Below are positions 62,690 to 64,000 of a stretch of DNA of 64,000 nucleotides, piece after piece. A program made the position numbers and the translations under genes. The notes under the pieces were generated by a model that was not told the DNA's origin, ran no database searches, and was given only the letters and a program-made list of their open reading frames with translations. Within the stretch, counting starts at the first letter, position 1, and every line of letters starts with the position of its first letter. The stretch comes from Antedon mediterranea (Eukaryota > Animalia > Echinodermata). Location: positions 13,516,001 through 13,580,000 of the forward strand of contig NC_092672.1 of assembly GCF_964355755.1 (NCBI RefSeq), in the 5' to 3' direction.

Positions 62690-63700
62690 TGAAATTAGAA
62701 ATTATAATTAAAACTCAAATGTTGGCAACAGTTTAGCCATTATCTGAGATTCATCAACGACAGAAATGTCCTCATTTTGTGGCCAGACAAATTTCTGGCT
62801 ATCACTAATTTTTTTTAAGAAGTTTACAGGCAGTGGATTTTCGCCAATGACGTGGCCTAAAAAATGGCGAGTACTTTTGGTTGATTTGTACTCTACCACC
62901 ACCCAATCATCAAATTTAGTTGGTGATGTAGATGGTGAAGATTGTGGTATTGGAGCACTTCTGGGTGTACTTTTCGAAGACACCACAGAACATTGGTGAT
63001 AGAATTGGCTTCAGCTGCACATTTTGCAAATGATCTTGCATCTGTAACTTCCACCTGGCGGGCAAGCATTTTTCGCCACCCCTCTCTCTTGAAATTGCCA
63101 CCGATGCCAACTGCTCCTTTGCCATGTGACATAGCAAAAAAGTGCCAATTTACAGTAACTCCAATGTCTTCTTTTGAGAATGTTGTGTTTACAATGTTGT
63201 ACTTTTGTTAACCTGCACCAAACATGTCAATACCTTCCAATTCTGGTAGTCGTATTTTTAAATATTGTATTATGGGCTTATCACTTTAATACTTATTCTA
63301 GCTTACTTGTTTTTCTACTACTTTCATGGTATTTTGTAGTTTTTCTACCACCTATTTTCTGGACGCCCCAGACACTGTCCGTGTAATATAAAAACAAATT
63401 TGCATTCTGTCTTGATTAAGTCGAGGGCGAGGCCTGTCTCCACTCTTTACTGATTTTTCCCCAGTTACTGAATTGTTTTTCAGTTCTTCAATTATAAGTA
63501 GTTTTTTGGCCAGAACTTCAACACTTTTAGAAAATGGGTCTACTGGCCTTATGCACATGTCTTCAGTTCATTCATGGAATGGCCATTGTATCGGCTTCCA
63601 TCATCCTTAGGGTTTTTTTTTTTGCCTCTGACTTTTTTTTACCCCCTTTCTTAACTTATATACCTCCTTCTCAAGATTCTTTCCTTCTATTATCACTCAT
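62690..63700 (-). pseudogene. Decayed DDD transposase C-terminus (Sola2-like)
   Basis: 'WHFFAMSHGKGAV(D)GIGGNFKR' and downstream 'DWVVVEY..FLK..FVWPQNEDI'. Confidence 0.55.
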
Positions 63701-64000
63701 TCTGAAAAAATAAAACCAAAAAATGTGTTTTATATTATTAGCAAATCAATGGTAAGAGACAAAACAGTACATACAGGTATATTGAAATAAATGTATTAGA
63801 GACCAATGTATTTTCCAGTAGATTTGTTAGATGCAACTCTATAGAGTAGAATATTGTAGGGCACTTCTTCATTAAAGTCAATTCACTCATTGAAAATTCT
63901 ATTCTATTATGCTTTGGTAATCATTAACATGGTATACAGTATAAAAATAATTTGGACACTTAAGTTATTACGTTGAAATGATGTACTTTTTCATTTCAGC

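Overview
This is eukaryotic, AT-rich animal DNA: it has spliceosomal GT-AG introns, SINEs and LINEs, and no prokaryotic features. The repeat content fits a marine invertebrate, possibly an echinoderm (inference only). The window is almost entirely nested and decayed transposable elements. Retroelements: a Penelope-like element, a CR1/L2-group LINE, a young near-intact Gmr1-type Gypsy LTR element (integrase before RT), a second Gypsy fragment and two SINEs. DNA transposons: a Helitron, PIF/Harbinger, P, AcademH-like and Tc1-like non-autonomous elements, plus MULE, Sola, EnSpm, Academ and tyrosine-recombinase fragments. Truncated intron-containing cargo-type genes encode a homeodomain plus GTF2I repeat, a G2E3-like HECT ligase and a Ulp1 protease. 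The strongest higher-order signal is orientation: about 20 elements lie on the minus strand and one on the plus strand, as expected for a flamenco-like uni-strand piRNA cluster. Four TSD-flanked palindromes look like P-element excision footprints. All family assignments come from recognising motifs by eye, not from database searches.
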